Positions 11,979-26,780 of a stretch of 64,000 bases of DNA are shown here, piece by piece. Under the pieces are notes generated by a model. That model worked only from the letters and a program-made list of their open reading frames with translations, was not told the DNA's origin and did not search any database. Each line of letters opens with the position of its first letter. The stretch's first letter is position 1. The stretch is from Sphagnum compactum (lineage: Eukaryota). A program made the translations under genes and the position numbers. The stretch spans positions 11,718,001 to 11,782,000 of the forward strand of contig OZ234494.1 of the NCBI GenBank assembly GCA_965153455.1, written 5' to 3'.

Positions 11979-14900
11979 TCTAATTTCTTCCTTAGTGTCT
12001 CAATATCTTCATAAATCACCCTTATTTATGAGGACATTGAGACACTTAAGAAGAAATTACAACAATACAATACTGGATCAATTCGAGATGCCTCATCAAG
12101 ATGTACCGACTGTGCCTATCCTTAGACAAGGAAGAGGTTCTTCTAGGCACAATGTCTGGGCAGGCGTACATGTGTACCTACATATACATATTGTTCCATA
12201 TATGTTGCTATCCAAGTAGTGGAATATGATCGCTTAGGATCGTTAAGGCCGCAACAAGACAATCCAACAAAGGATCATGAGCAAGATCACCTTCACAATG
12301 ATGAAGTAGCATGCACTTTTCATACTGTCTTGCATACCTTCCTGCATCAAAGAAGGCACATTCGCTTCAAGCTACCTGTTCATGGCAAACCAATTTCCAT
12401 GGTTTCATTGAAGAAGGCTTCTCTCAACCATGTTTCAAGCTTTCCAGATTCCAAAGTATGTAAAGCCTCATATATTCCTTTACTGAGATCACAATTTTTT
12501 ATGTAGAGTGTATTTTACCTTACCCAGCTGATTGGTTAAATCTTAGATACGGGCTGACCAGTGGTAGTAAACTAATAGCCCAAAAATTGAATTATAGCAC
12601 ATTGTATACACTAACAAGAACCATAGTTTGACGCATAGAATGGTGGACCCAAGTTTCCCACAATGGGATTTGCCAAGATATGCATTGGAAAGCTCCATCA
12701 GTGTAGAAAATGAGTATTCTTTGTTTGATCTTTGAAATCATCCCAAGCACTACACAGTTGATAGATACTTCATCAGTTGTTGTGAATGGATTCCTTCTTT
12801 CTCCCAAAGGACCATGCTGAGCATGCCTCTTAGATGACTTGATTTCCACGGACTACAGGATTTTATTCCTTTACCTTTCACAGAAAAACGACAACAATAA
12901 CCATCAGAGCGCATCTCATCTTGACCCTCTCATGTGAAGTACTATTCCTAATATGAAGCCTTGTTGGTCCTATTTTCAATTTATTTTTTTGGTCAAGCAC
13001 CAGTAGTGGCATCAAACTTGAAAAGTCCCCTGTTATGAATTTTTTTGGTTTTATGCACCATAACTTGTCTTAAAGTTTCATGGCTAATTTTCTGCCCTAC
13101 ACACATATATATGAACTACCATGATCTGCCTTATAAGGATAACAAGTCTAGGCAATGAATTATACTAGCTCATTGTGTTAGTTAATTGGCGTTGCCTACC
13201 AAGGCAAGGAGATTGTGTTTAGATATTTTATAGAGTATAGTAGCTTAAGGGATTTTGACCCCTAGGTAATAACAGGCCTATTTCTATATGAGGATTTTTG
13301 AAAGATGATGTTTTGGATTGTGTTGAAACTTGAGATTAGTTATAGAGTTAGAATATCTTGATATTTTCGTTTCTTTTAGAGGATTTTTTGAAGATTTTAT
13401 TTTTGCATCATGAAATATTTGAGTCTTCATAATTCTTCTTTTGCCTTTAGAAACTTTTAATGTAAATGGCAAGGCCACAGTGTGACACTCCCCTTGTTTT
13501 CCTTGTACTTCTTGACAAAGGACTCCACATGCATTACCCCTTCTACTTTTCCATCACCCTACTTAGGGCACTACCTATGTATGTATTATAGGTAAGTAGG
13601 TAGGGAATGTAAGTGGTTACTACATAGATAGGTAAGGAGGTAAGACAATTGGTTGCTACTAGATGGGTAGATGCATGTGGATGATTGGTGCATAACTAAT
13701 CAACATGGTTAGCTATGGGTAAGGAATACAACAAAGAAGTGTATCATGTCCATAGACCATCCTACATGGTGCAGTGGTGCATGTTAGTTCACTTTGGCCA
13801 TGTTAACTTGCATGTGTTTATCAGCTTCTGCTTACCTTACAGAACTCTTCTATTTCAGCTCAAAATTACCATAGTTGCATATTACCCATTAAAAGTCAAA
13901 TCACTGGTCAGTGGTATGGATGGGGTATTTCCACTAGTAATATGAAAGTAATTCCTTCTAATAAAGAATTAATTAATTATCCGACAAATGAATGTTTTGA
14001 GCATGACAATTAAAGGATGTTGAACTCATCCCAAATCTAAATGGATTTGCACTTGTAGAATCTCCACATGTTTGAAATTCTACAAGTTCGCATTTTTCTT
14101 AAATACCTAATTTGGTGGGAACCAATGATTCTAGATTTATGGCATGCCATCCCCATACACTTAAAGCTTTAAAAATGCAAATCCAACTTGTAGGTACCTA
14201 TTTCACTTGAATGTTGGATTGATAAACAGATTTTGCACACAAGCTTTTTGCCACATTTCATAACCTTCAAACATGAATTTACAAATTACTGCACACCCAT
14301 AATTACCATCATCAGACCTACCCTTGTTCACCCAAAAGCATGGCCACATTATAGGAGTTCAAACCCTTTTATTATTTACTCATGTGACATTTCCTTTCAA
14401 CCACCATTTCAACCTTCATTGAGAACTCAAGTACTAATCATGTTCCCATGGATATGTTCAGGCAATAACATAATCTCCCCAAACCTACACAAAGGTGTCA
14501 CAAATTTAGTAGTATAGTTAACACCAGTACAATATAAGCAAGTAATTTATTGATCTAAATATTCACTCTTAGCGTACTCACCTCAAATCCACCAACTTAA
14601 GAGCATCTCAATTCTTCACCCACACCTTTGTATTTCAGCCTCTACCATTGTTTATCACATCCAACACATTGTTAATTATTCTCCCATTGCCACCCATACC
14701 CATGAAAAATTGGAGAATATAAAGCGAGGATGGGCTAGGCCAATCATTACAGTTGGCCCATCAAAAGTAGTCATTTTGTTTTACTGGCCCCCCTATTGTA
14801 GCTTGGCTTATCCTATGCATACCTTCAGGCTTGAACCCAGTTTCACACTATGTAAAGGTTATACTTCATCCAGAATAGTCTGTACATGCCATTGTAGTGC

Positions 14901-15779
14901 TGCCAGTGGAGAATGCTACTAAACACCATCAAATTGCAAACTATTAAAGTTAAAACGAACAAAGAGTTGTACTTAACATTCAAACCTGTTCTAGTTTGAG
15001 TTGGACATGGAAGTCCAAACTCCAGACCTGCAGAACTGTGGACTCATCACCTTGTTCTCAATTCAAGAAGCTAAAATCACAAGAATTCTAAATGTTTCAA
15101 TCTCATAAATTCAAGTTGGTTTCAAAGTTGCATTGTGAAATATTGTTAGATCTAAATATGGTCATTAATTCTAGCCGATGTTCTCATTAACTACAATTCT
15201 GAATATGTATGGATGCCTTCCCATGGTACATCTAGATTGTTGCATTCTAATATTGTGGTTTATTTCTCCGAATTGCAACAATGTAAATTTCATCTATACC
15301 AATCCACACTATCTTCATCAAACATTGAATTTGCAAAGAAATGTATTGAACATTTTTGTACAATGTTCCAAAAATGGGTCCAATTTTTGAGGCTTTCAAG
15401 GGATGTACTTCCTTTTGCATGTGTAAAATAAACATGTTACAACTTACAACACTAATCAGTTAACTGCACTAATGAATCAAGCATAAACTTGGTTTAACAA
15501 CAAAAGTTGCACAAAAGATGGCTTCATGGCTTACATGGAATTTATCAGTACCCTGTTTGTGACTCATAACCAGGGGCCCAAAGATCTAGAATAACATATG
15601 GCCATTGACCACCCAGCTTGAAAATTAATTGAAAGTTCATTAGAGTTTTCCTTAAAGTCATCTTATCTTCACCTTGTCTTTGGGTCTCTTTTCACCCCCT
15701 ATCCCCTCTTTGAGTGAGGTCTGCAAAGTAAGGAAGTTTTATTAAATTTGGGTATGAAATGCTCAAACTCAGCATTTAA

Positions 15780-18550
15780 TGCACAAGGTTCGAGGTAATT
15801 ATAGTCTATGCAACCTTTGCATACCCCTTTATTTCAATTAGCATTCGATCCTTTTGATGTTGCAACATGTGTGTTTTTGTTATTCCATTTTTGGTGTTTG
15901 TTTTTTCTTCCACGAGGTGGTGAAAAAGGTCACCAAGAGATTCTCGCTCGCTTCCGTCAATACATGGGTGGTGACTAGGAAGCATTACAGGAGGAGCACA
16001 TGACTAAAGCACTCGCTTTAACTTCTCACAAACATTTGGAGTCAACTCCAAATCCTATCCCACCCCCATCAGCACATTTACATAGAGCACAAGCCCTTGC
16101 TCATGTGAAAGAATACACTCGAATAGTACACACACTAGCTCTGAATACACCTGCAGCCCCTTCTAATGAAACCACAGGAGTCTTTCGCCTTCTCCACCCA
16201 CTTGCTAAGGTTGATCTCCCTCCTTTCATTGATGTTTTCCATCTTGAAATAGAGGTTATTTTAGATCGACAAGCATTTGTTTCTGCTTTGGCTTGTTCAT
16301 CGCATCTTTGTTCTAGTGGCCCTTCAGGTATGTGTATGAGCTTTTACGAAACTGTTTTGTCCCAAATGATTTTACGAGTGGTTTCGACCGCTTTTTCAAA
16401 GTTTGTGGGCACATTGCTCGAGGTCATATTCCACCTTCAGTATCACGTTTATTTTTTGCATCTCCACTATAAACATTGGAGAAACAATCTACAGGCATAC
16501 GTCCCATCGCAATCGGTGAGGTGACCTATCATTTAATTGCCCCACTCTAGCTATTCAGTTTAAGAATACTCTCACGAAGGATTTTAGTCTTCATCAATTT
16601 GATGTAACAGTGGTTCACGACGTTCAAACGATGTTAAATTTGCACCCAAATTGGATGGTGTTATAGGTGGATGTTCGTAACACCTTCAATTCGATGTCAT
16701 GGTCAGCCATTTTTCAAGAATTGTGATCTTCACATGGTTCTTTGGATTAGCTTTTCCCATTTGTTCAATGATTTTATGCATGCGCATCCCCATTGTATTA
16801 TTATCAGGTACATGACAAAAAGACCCATTGGAAGAAATGTTGTTTGCTTTGGCTCACTTTCGTGTTTTTTGCGTTATAGTAGCAACCCACCCTACTTGTG
16901 TTTACCCTTCCTTGGCGGATGATACACATATATATAGTAGGTCCTACATCAGATGTGGTTCTTGCATTTTTATGATTGCAGGAGGAATTATCAGCATTAA
17001 GACTTTTATTGCAACCAACAAAATGTGTAGCTTGGTTTCTTCAAAGGTTGGATCATTTTATATCACTTCCTCTTGGCTTTCTTACTCCCAATTCGGAGTT
17101 TCATATTTTGGGTGCACCGATGGGATCCACATCATTTGTTGAATCGTTTGTGGCTGAAGCTCTTTATGAGGATCTCAGGATGATATTTAGTCCTATGCTT
17201 GCATATCCTCAAGCGACTTTTGCGATGCTTTCATTGTGTTACGCCTAGTGCCCGAGCTACTTGCTTTGTACAATGTTCCCATCTCTAGGTATTTTGTAGC
17301 ATTATGTTGAGTTCAATATTCATACCATAGCTATGTTGGAGAAGTTACTTGGTGCAAGATCTTTTGGTGGTTATATCGGTCACTTAACTCATTGTCACAC
17401 CACTCTTTTTGCTTCTTCGGACGGGTTCGGCCTCCCTTTTGTGGTTTGGATTGTTGCCCCCACATTCTTGGGGTGTTGGGCATTGATCACTCCTACATTT
17501 GTCACTCGTTTGCAACAAAATGATCACCTTGTTCTTCTAGATGTAATAACACATGTTGAGACCGACATTTTTCCATTCCATAAAGCACTATGAGACATCC
17601 AAACCATTTTACCCCAAGGTGTTTGTTCTCATGTCCCACCCTTTGAAAGCCTAATGGTTCAATTTTACCCCTAGTTGTAGGCTTCTTTGGTGGATCGCTT
17701 ACATGAGCAAAAGTTTGTTTCCCTTCTAGTAAACACTCCTTCGAATATTATGCAAACACGTCTACGCTCATGTGTGGGTCTAGGGGCAAGTGCTTGGTTA
17801 TTAACTTGTCCTACCACACCAGCATTTCATTTATCATCGACCCACTTTCTTACAACATTATGTACATGTCTTTGGCTTGCCACATCTTATAGTTGCCCAC
17901 CTTTCACGATGTCAGTGTGGTCATACCATTGACAATCTAAGTACCCATTTGCTTCAGTGTCCTTATGGGAATGATGTACAACAACCCATAACACACTTTG
18001 GGATATTGTTGTAGCTATTGCTTTAGAGAACAAAACACATGTTTAGAAAGAGGTCTCTCACCTTTTTCCTCGCCACATTTGACAACAAATGGATATTCTT
18101 ATTACCAACAACAACTTCCGTACTTTGATGGACCTTGTCATTACTAACCCGACTTGCACAAATATGGTGCAACGAACATCAACGACAACAACACATGCAA
18201 CAACAATGGATGCTCAGGAGAAGACACAATCCTACACTGAACGAACACCAAGCGATGACTTCATTCCCATTGCTATTGAAACGTATGGGTGTCTTCATTC
18301 TTGTTTTAATTCATTTTTTATCGCTTATGCATAGACCATTATCGCGCATCATCAATGGTTTTCTTTAGTCCCTTTGATGCTCATTTCCCACTATCGACAA
18401 CGTGTGTCCATAGCCATGTTGCGTGTGCAAGCCACAACTAATCTTCAGCAAACTACTACATTTGGTCAAGGTTCTTCATCTCTTCAACACATCATAACTA
18501 GTGCACCTCCATCACTAGCCAATTTGTGGCAGACGATTGCTCTCTCATCT
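15780..18550 (+). mobile_element. Decayed CRE-clade-like non-LTR retrotransposon (RT + Zn finger + restriction-like endonuclease)
   Basis: Ordered motifs: LPRGG..GD*E (~15910-15985), GIRPIAIGEV (~16494-16523), QFDV, VDVRNTFNS (~16670), SLADDTHI (~16910), LGAPMG (~17110), GFGLP (~17425), CQCGH..HLLQC (~17910-17960), THNTLWD, QMDILI (~18090), FIPIAIETYG (~18260), RQRVSIA (~18395). Many stops and frameshifts. Confidence 0.85.
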
Positions 18551-18986
18551 TAGGTCTTCTTTGTTATCATTAATCATCATTTCATAACCTTGAGTCTTAA
18601 TTGCATAGGGTTTTTTTTTCCTATTTTTCGTTGATTATTTGTTTTCCTTTTTTTCTTTGGGTTATGTCTACTTATGCTCTCATTTGCCTTATAATTTTGA
18701 TGGATGGGTTCTTGTCCTTGATTTTTATATACATGGTTTTTCTTTCTTGTATGTGTAAAAGCAGTGAAAACATATGTAGCATTAATGGAGGTGCTCAAGA
18801 AAAAGGAAAAAGGGGGTCAAAACCAGATGAAACTCAGTTTGGCACAAAAAAATGGTGCATTTCTAAGTTTCACCCCCATTGAAGGTTAATGTATTTTTTT
18901 GCAGGTTTTTTTTTTAAATTTCATCTAGTTTTGGACCAAACTTAGGGTTGTGGTGATGTGTTTTCCTAACTTTATGGAAAACTCTA

Positions 18987-19275
18987 AAGTCGTTTTTTTT
19001 TCATTTTTGTGATGTAGTTGGAGTGGCGATCACCCATAAGAGGCTTTAGCCAAATTTGGTTTCATACTACATATGAAAAAAGAAAAAACCAAGAATATTT
19101 TATATTTTTGGCTACCTATTGGAACTCATCATAAAAATCTAGCCATTTGGAATTTTTTTCCTTCAAAATCTGGTGAATTTGGGTGATTTTTTTCATTAAA
19201 AATCCTTCGTATAAGTCGAAATGATATATTTTTGGTTGAAATTTGGCAAAATTTCGCCCCAAAAAAATCCACTAA
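18987..19275. mobile_element. Second diverged copy of the 7523-7810 MITE-like family
   Basis: Shared blocks: TTTGTGA.GTAG.TGG..TGGC.ATCACCCA.AAGAGG..TTA.CCAAATTTGG and ATT(T)CGCCCC.AAAAAAA. Confidence 0.6.
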
Positions 19276-19439
19276 TTGTAAGCCCCCCAATATTCCCCCT
19301 GGCATTAAGGTTCACCTAACCCTAACCTTGGCAAAAAGGGATGTTGAACACAATTTGGAAAATATTTTATAGGCATCCAATGATTTGAGACAATATGAGT
19401 AGAACAAGCCAATACATGAAGATTTTTTCAGCTGAAGGA

Positions 19440-19805
19440 TTTTGTTCCCTCCCATGTTCCCATATATGTTCCTAATCATGTTCCCATTTTGTTTTCATTT
19501 TTTCCTCCTTGTATTGAAGTATTCCTTAATTTATCCCATATTTTTTATCACATGTTCCTTATGTTGTTCCCATAGTTCCCATGTGGTTGTTAAATTTGTC
19601 CCCTGTGCTTTGTCAAATGTTCCTTACTTTGTTCACATGGTTCCCATGCCCCTCATTTTATCCCATATTGTTTGCCCAAAGTCCTCCAATTACATACTCC
19701 ATTGGTGGGTCAAGTGGAAAGCCTACAATAGTTCTATGTTGAGCATGTTCAACATTTGAAACTTGTTTTTTCTGAGATGGGCCAATCAATGAAGCCTATC
19801 ATTGG
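19440..19805 (-). repeat. Reverse-orientation diverged copy of the 9263-9765 repeat
   Basis: GTTCCC array, TTTGCCCAAAGTCCTCC and GATGGGCCAATCA are reverse complements of blocks at 9340-9570. Confidence 0.65.
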
Positions 19806-20559
19806 AAGAAGTGATTTGAATTTTTGATGACTCACAATAAATTAATAAGAATTGCAACATAGTATTTACTTCTAAGTGAGTTGCAACGAAGAGATTAAGG
19901 GGCATATTAAGAAGCTGATGGAAAAGTCTTATTATAATTTTTGAATAGAATTGTGATTTTTGTGCAATTTTGGTGAATGCTAACATGAATAATTTTTGTT
20001 TGCAACATGTTGTAATCCCTCCATATAACAAACTTCAAGCTCATCCAGTGTTAACTACCTGCAAGTTGGATAGGGTCGTGAATCATTTTAAAATGGAATG
20101 AAGCAACTTGAGTTTTACAAAATGTTCACGGTTTCTTATAATCCAGTAAAACTTATAAGGTTCAAAACTTCATGAAGCCCTTTGCGAGTTTGATAGGTTT
20201 AATAAATTAATTACAATTTTATTTTATTTTTGGTTACATGCCAAATCATAAGATCATTTTTTTGTGAACACATCAAATTACATTATCAATGTTATGAAGT
20301 ACTTCGGATATAAAGTTATGGTCTTGTCTTTGGTGGAAACAAAGGATGAAAGGTTAGATGCACAACAAACACATGACAAAGGAAATAACAATGAATCAAA
20401 CTTTAGGAATCACCAAAATTGTGGGTCCCCAAAATTTGATCATGTACACTATGTTTTTATGTTTTCATGCATTGTCATGCATGTGTAAAAACCTTTCCTT
20501 TTTCATGTGTGAGATTTAAAATAGACAATAAGGATAAACATGGCTTTTGTGTGATATGA

Positions 20560-21000
20560 AAAAATTTGAAGAAAGTAAAGGAGTTAAAGCATGTGTTTTT
20601 GTTTTCATAAAGTGATTTGAAGAGATTGACTTTGAGTGTGTGTCTAAATTGTATTCATGAAGATATGAAGAGATGGAGTTGGAATGTGTGTATTTTTCTT
20701 TCATGAAGCAATTTGAAGGTATGGAATTGGAACATATGTTTTTGCTTTTGCATCATGATTTGAAGAGATCAAGTTGGAATGTGTCTAGAAAGCAAATGAA
20801 TGTGTCTAGAAATCAAAGAGATTGAGGTGTGTTTGAAAATTGGAGAGAATTATTTGGAAAATGTGTGTGTTTTTGGGTGGAGTGCATGTTTTTGTTTTTT
20901 GCATGACAAAGATTGTTAAGAGTGGAGGATCATGCCTAGAAATCAAAAAGAGTTTACTAGAAATTTGTAATGTTGAATGCATGTTTTTGTTTTTCACATT
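20560..21000. repeat. Degenerate tandem array (TTGAAGAGAT.GAGTTGGA.TGTGTGTTTTTG-like units)
   Basis: About 8-10 imperfect copies visible by eye; probably internal to an unidentified transposon. Confidence 0.5.
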
Positions 21001-24000
21001 CTAGAGATTGTTGTAATCAAATCTTGCAAATGGGTGCCTGCATGTGTGTGTGTCCTAGACTTTCTTGAGTTGAAAAGACCCACCCACTTCCATGGCTCCT
21101 CTTCTCATTCAAACTTTTGAACTTTTTCATGGGTGGAAAAACACTTGTCTACAAGGAAGGAATGTAATCAAATCATGTAGATGGGAGGAGGAAAATTCGA
21201 ATAGAAAAAGAATGAAAAGAAGAAGTTTAGAAAGATGCAACAAAAATATATATATTATCACACAAAAAATCCATTACATAAGTTTTGCCTTAGTTGGTGA
21301 CATTATTTTTACTATTTTTATATATGAAAAATCTCCTAATGAAATAAAAAAAAATGGTGGAATGGTTTTCTCACATAGTAATAGACCTCTCAATGAGACA
21401 AAGGATTGTGGTGGAGGTTTTTTTTCAATTCAGCAAACAAACAAAACAAATGAAAGCTTTATTGTGAAATGAAAAGGTTTTTTCATTAGGTTTGAATGAT
21501 TTTGAAAAAAAAGGTGTATGTTTTTTTCAATGAAAAGAAAATAGTGGCTAGAACTTTTTCATTGCAAGAAATCGTGGCTTTTTCAACCAAAAATTTTAAT
21601 TAAAAAGGTCACATTTTGCACATTTACTAACTTAACTGATTAGTTATTTTTACAAAACAATTTGAACACATCTTATTTGACTACGAATCAAGTTGACAAT
21701 GTGTCCAAATCGACGAATGGTTTTTTTTATTGACAATTTTTTTGACCAATGACTTTTTAACCTATGATTATGGTAAACTCAATTAGCTACTCAATTTGAC
21801 AATACATTCATGTCACATGTCAAGGATGTTATTTTGTGAATAGGTGAACAAGAATGTGAACATGTGAGAATGAACAAAAATAATAATTATTATTATATTC
21901 TTTCCATGTCAAAGGAATATTTTTATTAAAAAAATTCAACATGGATAAAATATTTTATAACAAACATTTATATTCTTCCACGTTATCAAAACATTTCACA
22001 TGGAAATCTCCACATGGTAATGTCCACATGGCCATCATCAAAGAAGTCGAATGTAGAAGCATTGATTTGACTCCTATTCCAACAATCACTTTTCAATGAC
22101 CTACAATTGTTTACAAATTCTTTAGAGATGAAATGGCATGATGCTTACTTTTAAAATAATTTTTATCAACCTATAGATTTCCTTTGAAAATATGTCACAC
22201 ATGTCAACTTATGGTCATTCACGGTTGGAAGAAAGGTTTTAAAGTCTTGGATTTGGTCAATGTGAAGTTCTTAACTCGTTGTGAAATATTTGTGTCGCAA
22301 ATTAAATGAGGATATCTAAAAGGAAAGAATTGTTCAACAATTTCTATTAGAACAATAACCTAATGATAAATTTCTATAGACATTGTAAGTTACTGGAAAA
22401 TATTGGAACAATACATAAATTTTGACAAATCACATTGAATCTCGCACAAATATGTAGGTATAGGGTAATAATAGTTATTTTTGTTATATAGGGATGAATG
22501 TGAAGAAAGTTAAGTTGGAATCATGGCCTACATACACACTCTTTGAAATAATTTCTTTAGATTGAAAAGACACCATTGTTCATGTATTGTTGTTATAGAC
22601 TAAACAACATTTCCACTAGATGAAGAGAGAATGACAATGTTTTCTAATTGGACAACTTTAGGTTTTTGGATTGTATGCAATTATGTAATGTAGTTCAAAG
22701 ATATTTCTATGTTCAAACTTGTGAGGTTAAAGCGGAAATATTTTAAAGAATTAAAAATCAATTTATGGATGAAAATGCAAAAGTTTGGGTTAGCTCATGA
22801 GCAGTAAAATGATGGTGTGAAAGAAACAGTTAATATGTCAAAATATGTTGATGAATAGGTAGCATCTGGAAAAATACCAGCACAAATAGAGTGTGAAGAA
22901 TTCTTCACTCTACCACAAAACCTTAACGAAAGTAAGATGGGCAGAGGCAATAATAGCTTTGGAAGTTCCACAAAATTATCATGAAAATCTTGTTAAATAG
23001 TTTATCAAGAAACACTTGTATAATTTAAGTTTTCTACCAACACCATTACATTTTTAAAAATGAAGGGAAATGTTGATTGAAGCAAATTTGCATTAACAAA
23101 AATAAATAAAGGGTTAATAGTAGGGGTGCACACAAACATAATGCATTCAGTTCCTTGAATGTTAATTAATTATAACCACTTTCTTTGTTAAATAATGACA
23201 TCATTGGATACAAACAAGAAAAAAAATGTATTGAAAGTCATGAACTAAAAGTGATCAAACATTAACAAATTATCATCAACAAACTACTAGATAATCTTTG
23301 ATGAAATGGTAGGCATAGAATTGGTAGGATGGTATGAGTTTAAAACAACTTTCCAACCAACATCCAAAAATTAAATTAACAAAATTCAAGGCTTGTGGTG
23401 TTTTTCCTTTGGGCTTTCATGATTAGAATTGCCTACAAAAACATGATATCAAAGTAGCCCAATGGAATGCCACTGACAACCAAGTTCCAATAGTTATTTT
23501 CCACAATGGCATAAATTTGTATTTTCAATGAATGTTATTGTAAATACTTTTTATGTAAGATTTAATTGCACATTGTTTAAAAAATAAAATGAGGATTTGT
23601 GACAAGATTTGACACATGTCATCTTGTACGTGGTGATTAACAACTTAACTAACAACCTTTATGGTTTTTGGATGTGGTAAATGTGGAGTTCTTTTCAAGT
23701 CATTCATTGCATGTTCGATCAGTACATCCAACAAGAGTACACGAGACCACATAAGTCAAGTTCATCAATCAAATAACAACTACCTATGTGTCATTGGGTC
23801 AAAACAACTTGGAAGAAGGCATACTAAATATATTGTTGCATCCTTCGATTCTTGGTATGTGGTTGGGTCATATACCTTGATTTACAAAAGCTTGCATTGA
23901 ATATCCTACATATTCACATGATGGTTATTTGAGGCTCTTTAGCCATTTTATATCGCATACACAATCGAAAAATGTCTTTGAATAGGACATGATAGTCATG

Positions 24001-24816
24001 GGATTTCATGGCCCCCAATGTACCCTTCACTATGTATTTCTAAAATCTTGATGCATATCCTAATTAAAGGCAATTTCAAATTTGCCATAGTATGAAAAAA
24101 CATGATCTAGTCTTTTGTAAGCATGACCTATGGGGCTACCATCACCACAAACCTAGCATTCCTTGAAGGGTGAAGTTTCAAGTAGCATGCTTGACAAATG
24201 CCCAAGGTTTAGAAGTCATGCCACACCTTCCATGTGTCCTTCTCACCAAGAACAATCCTATTGACATTAATTACAAGATGTTTTTCATAGTGCATCATTT
24301 CAAATGTTTGCCATATCTTGAGATCTTACAACATTGCCACAATTCCAAGTTGTTATATTTTAGGTTTCAACCAACTTTGGAGAAGGATACCTTCAAAAGG
24401 CATAGAAAGCATTCACAAAAAAGGGAGTTATAATAGACCTTCTAATATGGCAGTTCAATGAAAATAGACCTTCATTTCACCCCTATTTTAAAACAAATTA
24501 CCGTCTTCATTTTGGCCATTGATCAATTTCCAATGTTCATACAATTCAACATGTTACAACATTTCATGCCTTACCATAGTTACTAAAGTAGCCCTCCTTT
24601 CGACCTTGCCATCAAAGTCACTCGCATTTATCTCAATGTGTGAATTGGTTTCAACCACCTAGTATGATGGATTTTTTTCCCAATAAATTTTGAATGTTGA
24701 GAATAAGTGTTTGGGCCACAAACAAGGCAACCATTGTAGCCTTTGGTAACCTGACTAGATAGTAGATTGTATGTAGGTAAATCATGGGCACACCACATTA
24801 GGATAACATGGAATGT

Positions 24817-26780
24817 CACTAGAAGATTTTTTTTTTTTTATAAATATCATTTGTAACAAATTTTTAGTTGCATATGACACATGCAACTACATGTACAATT
24901 AAATGGCAATCATTTTTTATGACATGAGTTCATTTTTTTAAGGCCAATCATTTAATGGCATGTGACATTTAAAACTCATTTGGCATTTAATATTTTTAAT
25001 TAATTAATCAAGTTTAGATAATCCAATTTAGGGTTTATAAGATGTCAACATTTGGCACCAGGTAGGCAATTAGGTAGATAAATAGACCTAGGTGGATGGG
25101 TAAGTAAGCCTATGTTAGGTAACTAGCTAGTTAGGTAAGTAGGTGGATAGGTAAGCCTAATTTAAATAGGTAGGGTAAGATTTGGGGGGGGGGGGGGGGG
25201 GGGGGTTGAGCCTATTTCATTGGTTCATCCCAATTCTCACTTGCTTATATTGAACTGATGCACCTAAAGTTAAATAGTTTACAAAATTCAAGGTTATGAC
25301 AAACAATATAGGATAAACATTGTAGTTGCATTATAGTTACAACATAAGATGCAATGAGGGTAAAAAGGCAAATAAAGATTCAAAAATCTTTGGACATTTT
25401 TTTGTTGTCTTTTAAGTTTTTTTTTTTTTTTTAAAATTCTTCCAACTAAGTGCATCCAATGTTACAATAATCACTCAAATTGGTTTGGAAATGAACAAGA
25501 TATACCCTTTGGAAGTGAAAGGGGTTAATGTTTGGTTTAAGCACATAAGAATAATTTGAGATTTGGAGCTAAAGTTCTTTGGTCATTGTTCCATTGTCTT
25601 TGTACTTCAAATAACTTTCGGAAATCTTCACATGGTGCACCCATAACTATTTAAATCATTAAAAACAAATAGGAAATGAGGAAGATGTAGAGTTTGAAAG
25701 TAAGGGGGGTTTGGGGGGTTTAATGTGTTTTTTTCTCCTTGAATGAACTTGTCCTCTTTTTGCTTCATTTTTGTTGCTCTTTTGACTCAAAACTTGAATG
25801 AAATATTGTAAACATTCCATTAACACATCTGTGGCCACAAAAATCTTTTAAGAAGAAAAAATTACAAAAAATTAGGGAGATTTTGTAGGTGTTTGGTGGT
25901 AAGGTGAAATTTGGTGATGGGCATATTTACCTTAGTTATATCTAGCTGTTACATACTAACTACTATAACAACTACAAGTTAATGCTAAATACTAAACCTA
26001 CTAGCTAATAATAATAACTAAAAGGTAAAATACTAACAATAATAAATTTTATATTTATTAAATAATAATAATAAATAAATAAATATATTAATTATCCTAC
26101 CTAGAGTTAAACCTAAACCTTATTAATTAACTTAATTTAATAGTTACTAATTAATTTGCTTAATTTAGTAATCCACGTGACATTTAAGCCTAACCCATGT
26201 AGGTTATGTGGCATCTATGCTTAAATCACATAGGTCATGTGACATTTAATTGATCTAAGCATAGACCTAGGGCATGCCATGTGGCACCTAGGTTAAGCCT
26301 AGACATAAACCATGTGGTGTTTTTTCCCAATTATGAATATATTTTAAAAATTATATTAAAATTATATTAAAATTCTTGTTTTCAAATTTTTTCGGAATTT
26401 TATTTGCCAAATTAAAAAATCATTAATGAATAGCCAACAAAAAACGTTCTAATAAATGAATTTTGAGTTTTCATACACTTTTGTAACCCATACCTTACCC
26501 CATACAAGGGTATAAGGTGTCCACATCATACAAGTTGTAATGTTATGGTTGCTTGTGTGATTGCTTGAATATATGATAATGTATTTGCATAAAACCAAGT
26601 GTAAAAATCATCCATTTTGAAGGACAAAGGAACAACTAATTGCACCATAGTTGCAAAGGTGATGAAAAATCATCCATATTTCAATTGTAATTGCACACAT
26701 ATCATTCTATAGTTGCATGTGACAACTAGTTGCGTTTAGTTGCAAGTGGTTAGTTGCAAATGACATGATTTATTTTAGTG
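24817..26780. mobile_element. Non-autonomous CACTA derivative nested in the transposase
   Basis: CACTAGAAGA at 24817 and TTTATTTTAGTG ending 26780. GTTGCA/TGCAAC subterminal repeats. Splits AWDV.. from FHVILMW. Internal blocks resemble the 60804-63422 element. TIRs are imperfect and the flanks (TGT/CCT) do not match. Confidence 0.75.
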
